Shown piece after piece: positions 1 through 13,801 of a stretch of DNA of 64,000 nucleotides (position 1 is the stretch's first letter; each line of letters opens with the position of its first letter). The stretch is from contig CM119371.1 of the NCBI GenBank assembly GCA_051294905.1, forward strand, positions 17,176,001 to 17,240,000, read 5' to 3'. A program made the translations under genes and the position numbers. Below the pieces are notes generated by a model. The model was not told where the DNA came from. It ran no database searches and saw only the letters and a list, made by a program, of their open reading frames with translations. The DNA is from Botryllus schlosseri (taxonomy: Eukaryota).

Positions 1-280
1 GCACGCAGGAATATGTTCATGTTCAATTATAAATTACGTGGCCTTCATTTTCCGATACAACAGCTCCATCAGCGCTGCTGGAAAATGTGATTACGTGGGC
101 TGGGAAGATATAAAGTTTATAGCGCCATATATATGTAAATACCACCTACTTTAATTCATGCATTATAGAAAATTTGTGCGCCCAGGACGACCAGGCCACA
201 CAAACTTTGCTGACCATCGAAATCACGCGACGGGGTTCTTGGGGGTGAAGCCTTCACAAGTTTGGTTTATCACGCTATTG
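1..280. repeat. Dispersed repeat, second copy at about 44360-44625
   Basis: Shared text ATATGTTC..AATTAT..TTACG(T/C)GGCCTTCATTTTC...CACACAAACTTTGCTGACCATC...GTTTATCACGCTAT at both sites. Confidence 0.75.
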
Positions 281-306
281 GTGTGCAATACAATCGTGTT
301 CCAGGG

Positions 307-2108
307 CAGTGGTTCTCAACCTTTTTCACCTCGCGGACCGGTAAAATTTCAAAAGATATTTGGGGGACCGGTGGATCTCAAAAAATTGAAATCAACCCCT
401 AAGTGTCGTACTAGATCTTGCGTGCCAACCGTTTTGCTATTCACCGCCGCAATTCGATTACTTATATATGCCCTACGGCCGCGTTCCAGAACACTAGTAA
501 TGATGAACTAATTGGACGCGTAATACCCATGTTAAACTGTTCAGTCCTTGTGTACTTATTCATATCGTCTTACTTTATAGTGGTCATGTTGTGAATAAAT
601 AATTACTGGAATTTCTTCCGATTCATGAATGAATTTCGTCAATAACATTCGTAGTTTCATGTATTACTGTCAAATAGTTATCCTATCTCAGCAAATGCGG
701 TCAGATTCATCGGTAGAGTTGATGTAGTGATTGTTTTCGAAAATGTAGGGCGAGTTATAAAGGATGATGCATCTTCGGGTGGGCCTCCTGTTATTGTAGT
801 CACTTTGTTGCATGTCGTTATTTCTAGACCTCTCATCAGGATTGTCAATATGGCCCAGTGGTTCTCAAACTTTTGAAGACACGCCCCCTTTATGGTAGTG
901 AAAAATATCGCGCCCCTTGATCGTCATATCCCAAAATACAACTAGAATGCTGGTAATCCCAACGGATAGTTTGATGGCATGGAAGGCTATGCCTGTTGAT
1001 AAGAGAATTTTGAAATGTGAAATTCGGACTAGACACAAAGCAACAGCCACGAATAGAAGGCCAATCGCGCCGGGCGCGAAAAACTTTTTCAGTTGACCGC
1101 ACTTTCGCGTCCCCCTTCGGATGCTTCCACCCTCCGGTAGTTCGAGAACAACTGGTATAATGGAAAGATATGGGAATCTCTCAAACGTACTAGAAACATA
1201 TTTCTGTTGTGGGGAGCGCACGATTCCAATTTGGTATTTCTATATGGGGGGCATCATTTCCATCCGCTGTTCGCATCTGTACTGTGAGGCTCAGATTGCA
1301 AACGGCACTACGACTATAGTAAAATCGAAAAATGAAGTCGCATTGAATCGCGCACAGCGCGAAGAAAATTTCAAGATTAATAAAAATATCTCAAAACTTC
1401 TGGAGTCAATTCGTAAATTCGACTATCATGTCGACGGCCGCCAACACATACTAATTGAATTAGGTGTCCACTGTCCACGGCCGCACAAATTTCCTTCTAC
1501 GGTCGCAGGTTGGCCACCCTGTACCAGAGAGAGAGGGAGAGAGAGATTTTGAGGGCTATGATCGTAATTGAATATGTTTATGTTTGTATTCATGTGATTG
1601 TATGGTAGTGTCTGCTGAGTGCTGAGTCGAGGTAAAATTGACTTGCTCAGATAAACATAGGCTAATTTCGTGCCGAAGGCCGTGGATTAACTGACCACGC
1701 CTACTCGAATAATATGCTTCTCTTCGACAATATCCAGAGATGAAGCTTTTAGAGAAGAACCAAGCAGCCTACTACGAGTACAATGCCCCGCACGAAAACA
1801 CCTGGCAACAGTGCTACCTGGCCATCAATAAAATCAATGATTCGAAAATGAATCGTAATCATACTTAGCGAGGCGCTCGTATGTCATCACCGGAAACAAC
1901 TTGAACTGTAAGTCAAATTGAACATGTTTCCGGGACTGATCTTAGGCTAACTCGAGAAGTTCTACATCAGTTTAAAATTTGGCGTTTTATTTATTTTACC
2001 AATGGACAAGCCTTCAACAACTTGCATTTTGAAATTAAGGTATAAAATCTTAATATACCTTGCGGACCGGTAGAAAAGTCGTCACGGACCAGCGGTTGAG
2101 AACCACTG
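307..2108. mobile_element. Non-autonomous hAT element with internal nested fragments
   Basis: Terminal inverted repeats (TIRs) CAGTGGTTCTCAACC / GGTTGAGAACCACTG. 8-bp TSD TTCCAGGG/TTCTAGGG. The 3' part is homologous to about 31640-32257. Confidence 0.8.
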
Positions 2109-2661
2109 TTCTAGGGGGCTGACGAAGTGCTATCACGGCCTTCCCTCATACCCATTGTCTTTATTAGAGTCCTTACAATATGAGGTGGGGGGGCGCTGGA
2201 GCACGAAAATTTTTGAAAGAGGGCGCTGGAGGAAAAATGGTCAAGAACCACTGCTCTAAATGGAAGATATTACGTTAATGCAATGCTGAATATGTCCCAA
2301 TGCTCAGCCATCACTACTATTCTTTGCTGATATTGAATGGTCGTTTTTGACTTTGGGCTAATTTGGACTAATTTTGAATATGGGTGTCTTTTCATCTCAA
2401 AAGTCCTGTTAGTCGCTGTAACCTTGGTTATAGGCACCGATGTAGACAGAAAATATGGGGTACATAATATTACTCGAGTGCAAGATAAATACAAAGGAAT
2501 TAGCCTACTACCAGCGAGTCTTGTCTGCTTATATCTATCATGATACTACGCACCACTTTCGCTATTGTAATATCATCATCGATACCATTGAGCAATTTAT
2601 CAAAGCAAATGATCGAATTTTGTCAATAGAATTGGTATTTGCATCTATTGCAATACCTGAT

Positions 2662-3076
2662 CAAGGGCAAGTTTTTGCAACTTTTGCAACTTTTTTTGCA
2701 GATTCCTAAGTACTCGTAAGATATGTAGAACGCTGTTTTAAGCTGTTTGAAGGAATCTTATAGTGCAACTTTTTGAAACTTTTGTTCATTTTATTTCATG
2801 CAACATTTTGCAAGTGATTCGACTTTTCATGAAAGTATTTTCGATTTTGGTGAAATAGATAGCTAAATTTCACTGAAACACTGTAAATCAGCACCGAAGT
2901 AACGCTTTAACGGGTCTTTCGGGAGCTGAGCCGGAGAATTGACCAATTTTTATGTCAATCTGATAAGTTGACCTTTTTTCTTCAGTCAACCGAGCAAAAT
3001 GTGGTCTTTAAGTGCAACTTTTGTCAAAAATAAATGCAATTTTCCACGGATTTTACTGCAACAAAAACTTGCCCCA
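2662..3076. mobile_element. MITE-like element with GCAAC subterminal repeats
   Basis: GGGCAAGTTTTT / AAAAACTTGCCC inverted ends and repeated GCAACTTTT motifs. TSD unclear. Confidence 0.5.
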
Positions 3077-4088
3077 CTTATGGTACGTTGCCCCAACCTT
3101 TTTTCGATTTTCCATTTTTTTTTTCGCGAGTGTTTGGGAAGAGGAAATAAACTCACGATACTGAGTGTTCTGCTCTTTAGCTCAATCTAACTTAAGAATT
3201 CATAACAGTTTATTAACGGTAAAGCAGCTTTTTATACTACCACCAAAATCTGAGTCTTTGTGGCATCTCACGACCCGAGTTTCGCCCATGAACAGGAATT
3301 CATTTCAAATATGACAGTAGTATAGTATGCTGCGATTTTACGGACATGCATGATATACAGAACGCGCACACCACAATTCTATCCAACACAGCTCTATACA
3401 AAATATGTCTGACGCACGCGATTTCAAATTACGGTGAATTAAATTCCTCTGCGTGTCGCGGTTGTACTACTGTCTACTCAGATTGCAAGAACTGGACTAT
3501 TCCGTGCCTACAACGGAGCATATCAAATTATCCATATCGAATGGTTTGGCCATTCAGCATCGGTCATTTTTTGGCCGAGGTTTTGTCGACGCTTATGTTT
3601 TGGCACCGCATTTTTTCAGGGGTTTGTTGGCCAAAACTTTACGTCTTCATTTTTCTCGACTCAGAAGGGGGTGACCTCGAAATTAATGAGTCTTATAGAC
3701 CTGATCTCGCTCTTTGCACATCCCTAGTCGCTACACTAGTTCATCCCAACGGTATTCGACCATGTTTTCCAGAAAAACCAGTCGGACAAATCTTATCATG
3801 AATTCAAAAGATAAAGCCATATTTTCTGCGTGTCTCACTTATTGGCTACCGTAGGCTATCCAACACCGCAACCCTAGCTTTGTAAAAACTATCGCGTTTT
3901 TTTTTGCAATAAATTCAACAAAAATTACATCTACATTTTTGTTTACATTTAGATTTTTTACATTTACATTAACAGATAGCTCTGGCATCGTTTTAACCCA
4001 AAATTATACCTGTTGCGGTCTATACTTTAACCACCCTTGAAGGGGTAAAATGTGAGTTACAGTAACTTGCAAATGTGACTCTGTAGCT

Positions 4089-5434
4089 CAGTGTTGGGAT
4101 GACTCGAGTCAGACTCGAGTCAACTTTTTCGTGTGACTTGACTTGACTCGAGTCACTTTGCAAAAATGACTTGACTTGACTTGACTCGGTGCTTCAAAAA
4201 TGTGGATTGACTCGTGACTCGGAGCAAAATTTTCGAGTCAATTTCAAGTCATTAAGTAAACGGTGTAAATGACTGTATCTTGTACCTGTTCGGATTATTT
4301 ACGATACGCCAGTGTCACTCGTGAGAGCAACCAGTCATTCACTAATTGTACGTTTCAGTGATCCTCCATTGTGACATCACAAATAAACTTCAACGCAAAC
4401 GAAATGATCACAGCTTGCGTTATCGTTAGAGTAGTAGTAGTAGGTTAATCCTTTGGCAACGAATCACAGTTTATTGGACGGCTCTGTCCTTACATTGCAC
4501 AGCGCTGACCTTTACCAACTCTCTTGTATGATTTAAATCGAACGAATATAGTGTGTGCGTTTACATTCTCACGGATGTGTTGATTAGTTAATAGTTTGTA
4601 CGATATCATTTTCTTCAACTTCTCGAGGCTTCGTATTTGGTCCTCTATTTTGGCCAATAATAACAGAATGTAGCATTCATATTGTATAACTCAGAGTCGT
4701 CAAACTCAACTGACGTCGCGGGCCAGATTCGAATATTCAGATCACTCGCGGTCGCACTAGTCAAATTATTCCTAAATATTATCAACTCTTAACATCATAT
4801 ATGGACTTTTTGCATTCTCAGAATTGGGTGCCAGTGTCAGCGATTTGCTCCTGTTGATGACTAGAAATCACAACTCCGCTGTTGGGTGGCTGTTATGTTG
4901 CCTATGAACATACTCGGCATTTGCTATCTTGATGGAATATTTATTAGAACTATTTCTTACTACAAATTCGAGAAATGTGCTGGATAAAATACAAGCATTT
5001 TTCAATCTATTCTCAGAATTGCTTTGCGGGCCGGATGAAATCATTTGGCCGGCCGTATGTTTGATACCCCTGATGTAGCTATACAGTTATACTGACGTAT
5101 TTTATTAGCAGTTATACGTGTGCGTGAGCGATACAACGCATTTTTGCATGTATATTTAGTTTTATATTCGTTATTTGATTGAAGATAAATGGCCAATTAA
5201 TCTGCCTTTAGCACAGCTAGCAAAATGTAATGACTTTGAATGATCAGTTGATCACTCATACTTCGAAAATTCAATTTGACTTGAATTGTGACTTGACTCG
5301 AGTCACCTCCAAAAAACTAGTGACTTGAATCGACTCGAGTCACCTTCAAAAATCGATTGACTTGACTCGAGTCAAAATAAGCAATGACTCGAGATGACTC
5401 GTGACTCGAAGGTAGTGACTTGATCCCAACACTG
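4089..5434. mobile_element. Non-autonomous hAT element (GACTCGAGTC/GACTT subterminal repeat family)
   Basis: TIRs CAGTGTTGGGAT / ATCCCAACACTG. TSD CTGTAGCT/CTGTAACC. A second hAT MITE appears nested at about 4692-5072. Partial copies at about 41808 and 63238-64000. Confidence 0.8.
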
Positions 5435-6490
5435 CTGTAACCTAATGATGGTATTTACTACTATTCTCGTGCCTCGCACTAATCGAACAGTTATTACGAA
5501 AGTATGATGATTGTTTAGTGAAAGAAAGCGGAAAGTCAATTTGAAATCATTTTTTCATCCTGTCGCAGGCTCAGATAGACTTTGATTATAGTGCGAAAAT
5601 ATTAATTCACTACGGATTGTGAGAGCTACGACTAGTGGTGTGTCGTAAATAAAACAAAATTTTACAGTTGCGTCGTAACACCAAAAGTTACACTGCCCTT
5701 GAATTTCCTATTAGGTTTATTTGAATTATTCCAGGTCAGAAAAATTAACAATTATTATTCACGATTTTCAGTCGCTTTTATCGGGAATATTCATTCGCAC
5801 CGTTCGCACCACCTTCGTCATTCGCACTGCAATTTTTTTCATTCGCACAAGCGCGAACCGTCACACGGTTGAAAAGCACAGGTATAAAGTAAAGCTGACT
5901 TGATCTGAGCCTCATTCCAAGGTGAGCAACAAATATGCCACCTATTTCTACCTATTTATTTTCTGTTTTGAGTTTGACTTGAATCTTCCACGCCACCCCG
6001 ATTTTAAAATACTTCGACGTTCACTTTAACTGATCTGTAAGCTATAGAATACTTTTACGATTCCGATTTTGGTAAAAATAAAGCAATGAATGTAGTTGTG
6101 GAAGCAATACTCAAGTCTAGTACCGCCAAAAATATTTTCCAGTATTTGAAGAAAAGGTACAATGCATCTCAGATTAAGAAACTTAATCTGTTACTTAAAT
6201 ACCGTGGAAGAATATGAGCATCCCGTGCATCAATGGATTTTTGAAGAAGGGCATCAATTTGCGAACCTTGCCCCGATTCCCCCGAGATAGAATCGACAAA
6301 TCTCGTGCTCGACACAGTTCTAACCAGGGCTTTGGAGCAGCCTTAAATTTGCATTGCTCCAGCTCCGGCTCTGGAGCTTTCTTCTATCTTACAATACCTC
6401 CGGCTCCAGCTCCGGAGCCGCAATATTACCACTGCTCCGGCTCCAGCTCCGGCTCCGGCTCTGAAAGCTATCAAAGTTGTCTGTCTATTT

Positions 6491-7191
6491 CAGGGGTGGG
6501 TAACCCGCGGCCTCCAGGCCATATGTGGCCCGCGAGAAGGTTTTGAGTGGCCCGCGAGCTAACTTCCCATTATATTATCGAATTTCTATTATATTATCGA
6601 AACTGAATTGCTCAGATGGTGAGCTTGCAAGGCCAACCACAAATATGATTTGTCTGGCCGCGACACTTGGGATGTTGATGACTAAAATATCAGTTGCTAC
6701 GCATTGGCAGGTCCAGGGTCCAGTCACATTTTTAGTAAATCGTCTTACATTACAATAAACTAAAAAAGTAGTAAAATTTCTCTTCTCACTTCGCGTGTTT
6801 AATTGCCCCACGATTTCTTTCTTTGGAGCCTATCCCGTCCTGAAAATGAAAAAACGCATGATTCAGCAGATTGAGTCTAACTATATATTCGCAATTACGA
6901 GGATAAGTCTCTTCGCGTTTGCGCTCGCACTAAGATCGTCGACGATGAAATGTAGGCAAAAAATCATTGTCGTATATTAGCGTAAATCTTCGATATCGAT
7001 ATGTCCAGATGCCGAATAGTCCTGTCCTTGCAAACTGAGCCCAGCAAGCGGTATACAGTCTAACCGCAATATACCCAAGTAATAATAATATATACTTTGA
7101 ACTTTTAAGCGCCTGGCGTGGCTAGTGGGCAGCACACTCGTTCGTCGATTTCATGTGATCATTTAGCGAGCCGAAAAGGTTGGCCTCCCTG
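6491..7191. mobile_element. hAT MITE nested in composite copy 1
   Basis: CAGGGGTGGGTAACC...GGTTGGCCTCCCTG. TSD GTCTATTT/GTCTATAT. The same insertion is at 33762-35355 in copy 2. Confidence 0.85.
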
Positions 7192-7626
7192 GTCTATATA
7201 GATTACTAATTTACCCGTAGGTTAGTTATCTATAGTAATCAAGAGTCTGTCAGCCGTCAGCAACATCGGATGCATGAAGACATAGGTGCCGCCGTGCCGA
7301 CTTGTGACGACATAATGAGTACTTGTTAATTGTCAATAACATCGTAGTTACACTAGAACGCAATTTACTCCATGCCGATGCCATTGCTGTGTACAGCATT
7401 AAAATTCTGACGCGACGTTTTAACACTGACACTGCACTCGTTAACATTTAGCCTTACAGTTCAATTCAATCTTTAAATGTGCGATTATTATCGAACTGTA
7501 ACTGTAGTAAGAGCAATATGGGCGGATATCACGACCTCATCAATAGAAATTCGATTTGTACCAAATTGTTTAAATGGCTAATGGTTTGACGTTCGGTATT
7601 GGTGCACTCTTTACCAGTCCATCCGG

Positions 7627-9477
7627 TAGGGTTCCGGTTTAAATCATTTTGCCTCTGATTAAAATCGATTTTAATCGAGTAATTAATTCAAATCATGATT
7701 TTTTTGATTTTTTTGGTTTTTTTTACTCATAATAACAACAACAACACGAATAAAAGAAAATGCGATGAATGACGACACTGTCAATCAAGGTTATGAAGGA
7801 TAATGCTTAAACTTTCATAATGTGGGGCTGTGAATCATCAGTTCATCACCCACATAGCTGAAAACGTTTAACCTATGTGGTAATGATGGGTCGTTAGAAT
7901 CATTACTGATCTGTTCTAGTAGCGAGGAACATGTTGATTTATCTCGGGACCATCCATTATAGTTGCATCTTCATCTTGATTGACGGATTGGTCTTTGCCA
8001 GCAAACTGTTGATTCTCCTGAACTCATTATCTGCTTTGTTAGTACCATAGTCCATGAAGTGATCTTTCACTCGCAGCATCACTTCAAGATTTGCCTGTGG
8101 CAGGCAATCACGACTCTTGTTTGCAATTGCGGCTGCACATGACTGATGCCCCTCACAAGATGCAGCATGTGCAACGGACGAAAGGCGAGTCTTGAAAGCT
8201 TTGGAGAACACCGGCATGATCCATCCAGAATATTGCTGGCTGATGAATTAGATATGGTACCGAGATACTCGATTCTGCATCGAAAATTCCTAAAAATCAA
8301 GGGAAGATAAGGGACATTCAGTGTGTGTGGAGTGTACACAATTATGCTCACCAAATTTACAAACATAATCAATCCAATTCATTGTTCGATTATAGGTTTC
8401 CAGCAGACTAATCATTGCATTTTGGTTCCATCTTTGAAAATAATCATTTTGCCAGGTCTCGAACTACTCTTTTTCGATTAATGTCCATTGTCCAAGCCAC
8501 ATCCTCTAACTCGAGGATCTAGAATCCATGAAACTAAATGATGGTGTCCGTCAAGAGTTAATGCTCTTATAGCTGCATCTTTGACAGCATGAGACTTTAT
8601 CGTCCGCACAAAGAGCAATAGTCTTTTTAATCTCGAGCTTGAGCCACATCCAGCTTGATAAGAGAAGGGCACCAGATTGTCCAGAGATGGCTGCAAAATG
8701 CAAGATTTTTAATTTAGACATGCGATTAGTCAAAAAAGTTTTAAAACCACTGGTCTAAATCTTTTCTTTCTATATGTTTTGATGTCGCTATCATTGCTTA
8801 CAGTTATTCTATGTAATTGGAGCTTGCTTGTTCTGAGCACAGCATGCATGTTTAAGTCAAAAACCAAGTGCCGTATTGTCTCTCTTTTTCTGAAGTAAAA
8901 TTAAACGTAAATGGCAATCTTACGAGCTACCATATTTTGGTTAACATATACAAGCGGGATTGCCCAATAGATGTTTGCCAATGGCAAAAGTTATGGCCTT
9001 TGATTGCTCAGCATCTAGCTTGAGGGGGTGAGTCAAGGGTGAGATTTTCACCGAACGTCATGCGCGTGTTCTGATAAATCTAGGGACATGGTGCTTTACG
9101 GTATGCGTTCCTGTTTACGGTACACACAGATTCGTATCTATTTCAATCCATAACCAGTATTCAAGCAGCTACATAAATATGAATCACAGATAATGACATG
9201 GTATCTTACTTGTGTTCACATTCCACTGCTAGTTGGCCCATTGCTCCAGATAAATAGCAGAACCATAACGGTGCCGGTGACGAAATACCACGTCCGGTTA
9301 ATTAAAACGCACATGATTGTCCGATAATAAACCACAGTCACGCATCTCGTCAGAAAATTTAAAAAAATCAAAAAAATCATTAAAATGAAAATGGTGAAAT
9401 TAAAATCAAAAATCAAGGAAAAAAACCTGATTTAAATCACACTGATTTAAATCAGCCTGATTTAAACCAGAACCCTA
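7627..9477 (-). mobile_element. Internally deleted hAT transposon
   Basis: TIRs TAGGGTTC(C/T)GGTTTAAATCA. Perfect TSD CCATCCGG. TGATTTAAATCA subterminal motifs. Transposase relic inside. Confidence 0.88.
7957..8733 (-). pseudogene. hAT transposase C-terminal relic
   Basis: Multi-frame fragments HHLVSWILDPRVRG, SPKLSRLAFR and AASCE...NKSRDCLPQANLE match hAT LDPR and dimerisation-domain patterns. Confidence 0.75.
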
Positions 9478-10888
9478 CCATCCGGTATCGATCAAGCTTA
9501 TCGGAATATTTTCCCGCTTAAACGAATCGAATTAAACAATGCGCCATGCACATTTCGAAAATGCCCATAACGAATTAAACTATGCAGTGTGCAAATTGCA
9601 CAACGCACATGCACATGTACAAGTCACAGTGCGCGATAATCCGTGAATACTGAAGTATCAAGCAGACATCCCGAATGAATTTACGAAACAGATGATTGCA
9701 AATTGGAAATCGCGTATCAAATCAGTAATTTGTCTCCAACATAAAACACCATGGGATCCTTTCATCGCATTGAGTTGCTCGCTGGCTACTCTTCTGCCAC
9801 CCCCTATTTACGCTCGAAAATCCTCACTGAAGTGAATGACAATCATGCGCAGCAATGAATTCCAATTCGCACGCATAATTGCATACACAATAACACTGTC
9901 CAATTTCGCGGCCTGATTAAAGAACGATAACGAAAGAACGAGTATATGTGTTGATCCGATTCATAGCAACGATGAGATGGAATTTCTCGGCTCATGCTCG
10001 TAATATCTACATGCGCAACGAAATCAGGTTTTTATCCTCTCTCCTATTTCGCATAATACATGATGATCGTTATTTTCGAACCGTACAATTGGCCAACAAG
10101 GTTGTGCTGGTGATGAAATTGCGGGTATGCCGAATACCCACAATATTCACAGGCATATTTATCATACCGAGGTTCGGCACTCATGTATGAAAATTGAACA
10201 TTGAACATATGACTGCTCTGCCGTTAAATCCTTAGGAACATGGTCAGTCGGAAAAGGCAGCGCCACAGAGGTAAAGATTCTTAATTTCGCGAAGGCCTGC
10301 TGTTGAATTCTGAACTCAGCAGATATATGGTTGTTGCATGTATAAAATATAATGGCATCTTATGAAATACGTCGGAGCCGGAGCTACCCCCCAAATAACT
10401 CGCTCCAGCTCCAGTTCCGGCTCCGGCTGAATTTTATGTCGAGCTCCGGCTCCGGCTCCAGCTCCGGAAAAAATGAACGGCTCCGGGCTCCGGCTCCGGC
10501 TCCAAAGCCCTGGTTCTAACATTGAAAGAGCGTTTCTATTTGAATAAATCGAGAAACTGCGTCTTTCAATTGTACGACTGAATAAGAAACGCAGTGTTCT
10601 CAATCGAGAAGTTTGTAGAATTTTGTCACTCTATGTCCTCTTTCACTTTTGCCTTTATATGGCAATAATTGATGCTAAGAAAGAGAAAGAAAACCAGGCG
10701 AAGTACGACCGCAATCAGAAGTTTTTATTTCGACATCGATTCGGCAAATCGGACGTACAAAAGATAATTTGACTACCGGTACAGCTGACTTTGCCTAGCG
10801 ATGATTTTTTTATTATTGTATTATTACGTCATACTTTGCCAATTTGGTTTTCGTTTGAATCTCCTTCTGTATGCTTGTTATTGAGTCG

Positions 10889-11312
10889 TTAACTCTCGAT
10901 ATGGTAGGCTTACCATATTTTGGAAATAAAAAAAGAGGACACTTTTTCAGAAATTTTCAACTTGCAAAACCGGAGTAAAATTCTCAAAAACCGGTTAATT
11001 TTTCCCACTTTGTGATCGGTTGACTAAAAAAAGAAAAGAAAAGGTCATCTTTTCGCTCAGAGCTAAAATCACCGTTTTTCACTCCGAAATACCCGTCCGA
11101 GCTTCACTTCTGTGCTAATATGCGGCATATCACTCGCAATTTGCTCTAAATCTGCCTAAATTTTCAAAAACGAGGACAAAATCTCAAAAAAGAGGACAAA
11201 AGGGCGTCCTCCGAGGACACTTTCAAAAAAGTCAAAAAAGAGGACAAATCCTCTTAAAAGAGGACGTATGGTAAGCCTACGATATGGGGCACACGAAAAG
11301 TCTTCGAGTTAA
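10889..11312 (+). ncRNA. Degenerate minimal hammerhead-like motif interrupted by a MITE
   Basis: Removing the MITE gives TTAACTC-TCGATAT-GGGGCACAC-GAAAAGTCTTC-GAGTTAA, homologous to 43402-43440. Confidence 0.45.
10905..11279. mobile_element. hAT MITE (TAGGCTTACC TIR, GAGGAC repeats)
   Basis: TIRs TAGGCTTACCATA / TATGGTAAGCCTA. Perfect TSD CGATATGG. Inverted near-identical copy at 35929-36296. Confidence 0.9.
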
Positions 11313-12626
11313 TAAATTCTTTACTGCAATGAATGTAGTTGTGAAAGCAATGCTCAAAAATAAAGTAGTATGGACTAAAATAAAATGATATTCTGGCGCT
11401 GCAATCCCAGTATGATGTTCACAGATATAATTTTGCCAGTCCGTTCATTGCCCATAATCAGGTGCCTCGAAGTAGATTTACAATTTTGAAATTTGGCCAA
11501 GGGACTCTTCATCCAAACTATACGTATAGCCTACTTGAGTAATATTCAAGTATCATTAGTTGTTTACTATTAGCTGAAGCAGATATTTGCATTGCTTTAA
11601 AATCTGGGTAGAAATTTCCTACACCACTTTAATTTTTACTCGATTACTAACAATGGATGCATTAACCGGTCAACTCGCGGCATGTTGTATTTCGAAGATA
11701 TTTCGGAATTATGAGTATGTCATAGCGGCTTCTTTGTTTGGGTTTTCATAATTCGGGTTCCGAATACATATTGGAATTGTTCATGTTGAAGATAAAATCT
11801 TGCAAGGAGAAAAGCTCGGCAAATACTTGAAACGTCAATTTGTCTAGAGTCAACAGAAGCACCGAACCATTCTGGTATGCTGATAGCCATGGAGCCCGTG
11901 AATCATAAATCGACAGTTTATAACTCTCTGGATATAGCCGTCGACGCCGAAAGAAAAGAAGCTACACTCGCCATTACAACAAAAGCAGGAATTATGTCAG
12001 GTATGTCGGAATTAATGTCACTGATCATACATCATATTCCTGTTTGCCGATTTCAAATAGTTTCGCAAATACTTTTAACCAATCGTCAGTGTCATAAAAA
12101 CTAAAACAAATCATCTCCATGTCTTCGACGACAATCGAATATAAGATTACTTTTGGGCTTACAATCCCATTCTAACTATGGTGCGGCATTCAAATCTTGA
12201 ATGCGGCCCTTGAGCTAAAGAGATTGCCCATCCTTGAACAAATTATATAAACCTGCTTTGATATTCAACAACTCATATTATCGGTGCGGCTATTTGCGAG
12301 GATAGACTGTACTATGTGTGCCCAATTGCACATACACAGCCACCACAGATCTCGCATATTGTTATATTGATTAGAATTTCTGATATCATTCTGGTTAAAA
12401 ACTGGCATCGTGAAATGGAATTCAAATCTGCATAACTGGCTGCTCACAAACTATAACGAGCGCAATTTATTTACCGTAATACTGAAAATGAACCGCGGAA
12501 GATGTGTTGCAGGCTTATGGTATCATAAGATTAAAATGTACAGCATCATCCGAATATTTTGATTTGCAAATAGTTCGCTTAGGTCACGTAAGCGTTTGAA
12601 GACGAAATGGACCGATTGCTGTATCC

Positions 12627-13462
12627 TAGGGGTCACCAACACGCGGTCCGCAAGGTCATATTTTGCGGCCCGCGACCTGATTTGAAATTTCGGAAGAACT
12701 ATTACTAGAGCATAATGAAATGCAGACTCCCTATTTAATAAGAGGTTGAAATTATTCTTGCTACGCGCGGTTCAATGCGAGTTGATTATAGATTTTAACA
12801 TATCAGTGCCCTTTGTAATCCGAGCCTCACAGTGAAAATACGAACAGCAGAAGAAAATGTTGCGCCCCATAAAGAAATGTCAATTTGCAGTCGTGTTCTA
12901 GTCAAAGGGGACTATTAGGAATTGGCCCACCCAAAGATGCAGTAAAGCAATAATAACTTTCCTAAATTTCTTAAAAAACTTCCTGCATTACCTCTTCCGG
13001 TGAATTTGGTGACGTGGGCTAAGAGAGGATAAATATTTGAAACTATACTAATATTAATGACGAAATTCACCCAGTAATAGGAAAAAGTTTTCGCGCTTCG
13101 CGCGACTAGGATAGAAGTCCTGCGGTTGTTCATAGCATTTCGGTGCGCATAGTAAGACAATGTGAGGAAACCGATCAGTCAGGAGCTCACCGGCAATGCA
13201 CAATGGACATGGACACTGGACAGCTTAATGTGGGTATCTGGCCCCCAGTCAGCCCGTTACGACTATGCACTGGAATGCTGCCTTAGCTAACATGGCCGTC
13301 GCCCATGTTGGAGAGAACAGTGTTGTATTGGCGTAGAGTTATAAAAACCTATAGCTGTGATACTGCCTTGCCGAAATATATCTCGATATTAAAGTCATGC
13401 GGCCCGCGGCTTCAAAAATTTTGAAAAGTTTCCCGCGACCCTTTCTGAGTTGGCGACCCATG
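12627..13462. mobile_element. Degenerate hAT MITE
   Basis: TAGGGGTCACCAAC...GTTGGCGACCCATG ends with GCGGCCCGCG subterminal motifs. No clear TSD. Confidence 0.55.
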
Positions 13463-13801
13463 GTCCTAATGCTTTGTAATATGATAATTGCGGTGCATCG
13501 GTGAGGAGGGTCGCGGCTCGCTAATATTTTAGAGCAGCTGGACTCCTGCAAACAAAATTACAGCATTATTTCAGCTCGCAAAAGTGCAACGTAAGACTTT
13601 TAATACGCTTCTTATGTATGTCATTTATTGCAAGAAAGCTCCGCGTATAATCTGTATTTGTGTATATAAAGATCCTAATAAATGGATGCTAGCCGGGTAA
13701 ATTTAAAGAATCGTGATATCCATCCCTCCTGCACACCCTGAAATTCTTGTTGGTTACTTGCCTGCGTGAGTGATATGTAATGTTGTTGTGAAACAAATGC
13801 T

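Larger units (their letters stand above)
6325..10512. mobile_element. Composite non-autonomous hAT element (GCTCC subterminal repeats), copy 1
   Basis: TIRs CAGGGCTTTGGAGC / GCTCCAAAGCCCTG. Perfect 8-bp TSD GTTCTAAC. (GCTCCG/GCTCCA)n arrays at both ends. Confidence 0.9.
6122..10800 (+). pseudogene. Penelope-like retroelement ORF, N-terminal relic (6122-6324 joined to 10521-10800), split by a hAT insertion
   Basis: Removing 6325-10520 gives NIFQYLKKRYNASQIKKLNLLLKYRGRI/(frameshift)INGFLKKGINLRTLPRFPRDRIDKSRARHSSN|IERAFLFE*IEKLRLSIVRLNKKRSVL...KFLFRHRFGKS. The frame is continuous across the junction and resembles the region upstream of Penelope-like RT. Confidence 0.6.

Noticed and set aside
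11590..12200. Possible degraded Penelope RT C-terminus (also about 42060-42370)
   Set aside because: Only faint motif resemblance and too decayed to call without a search.
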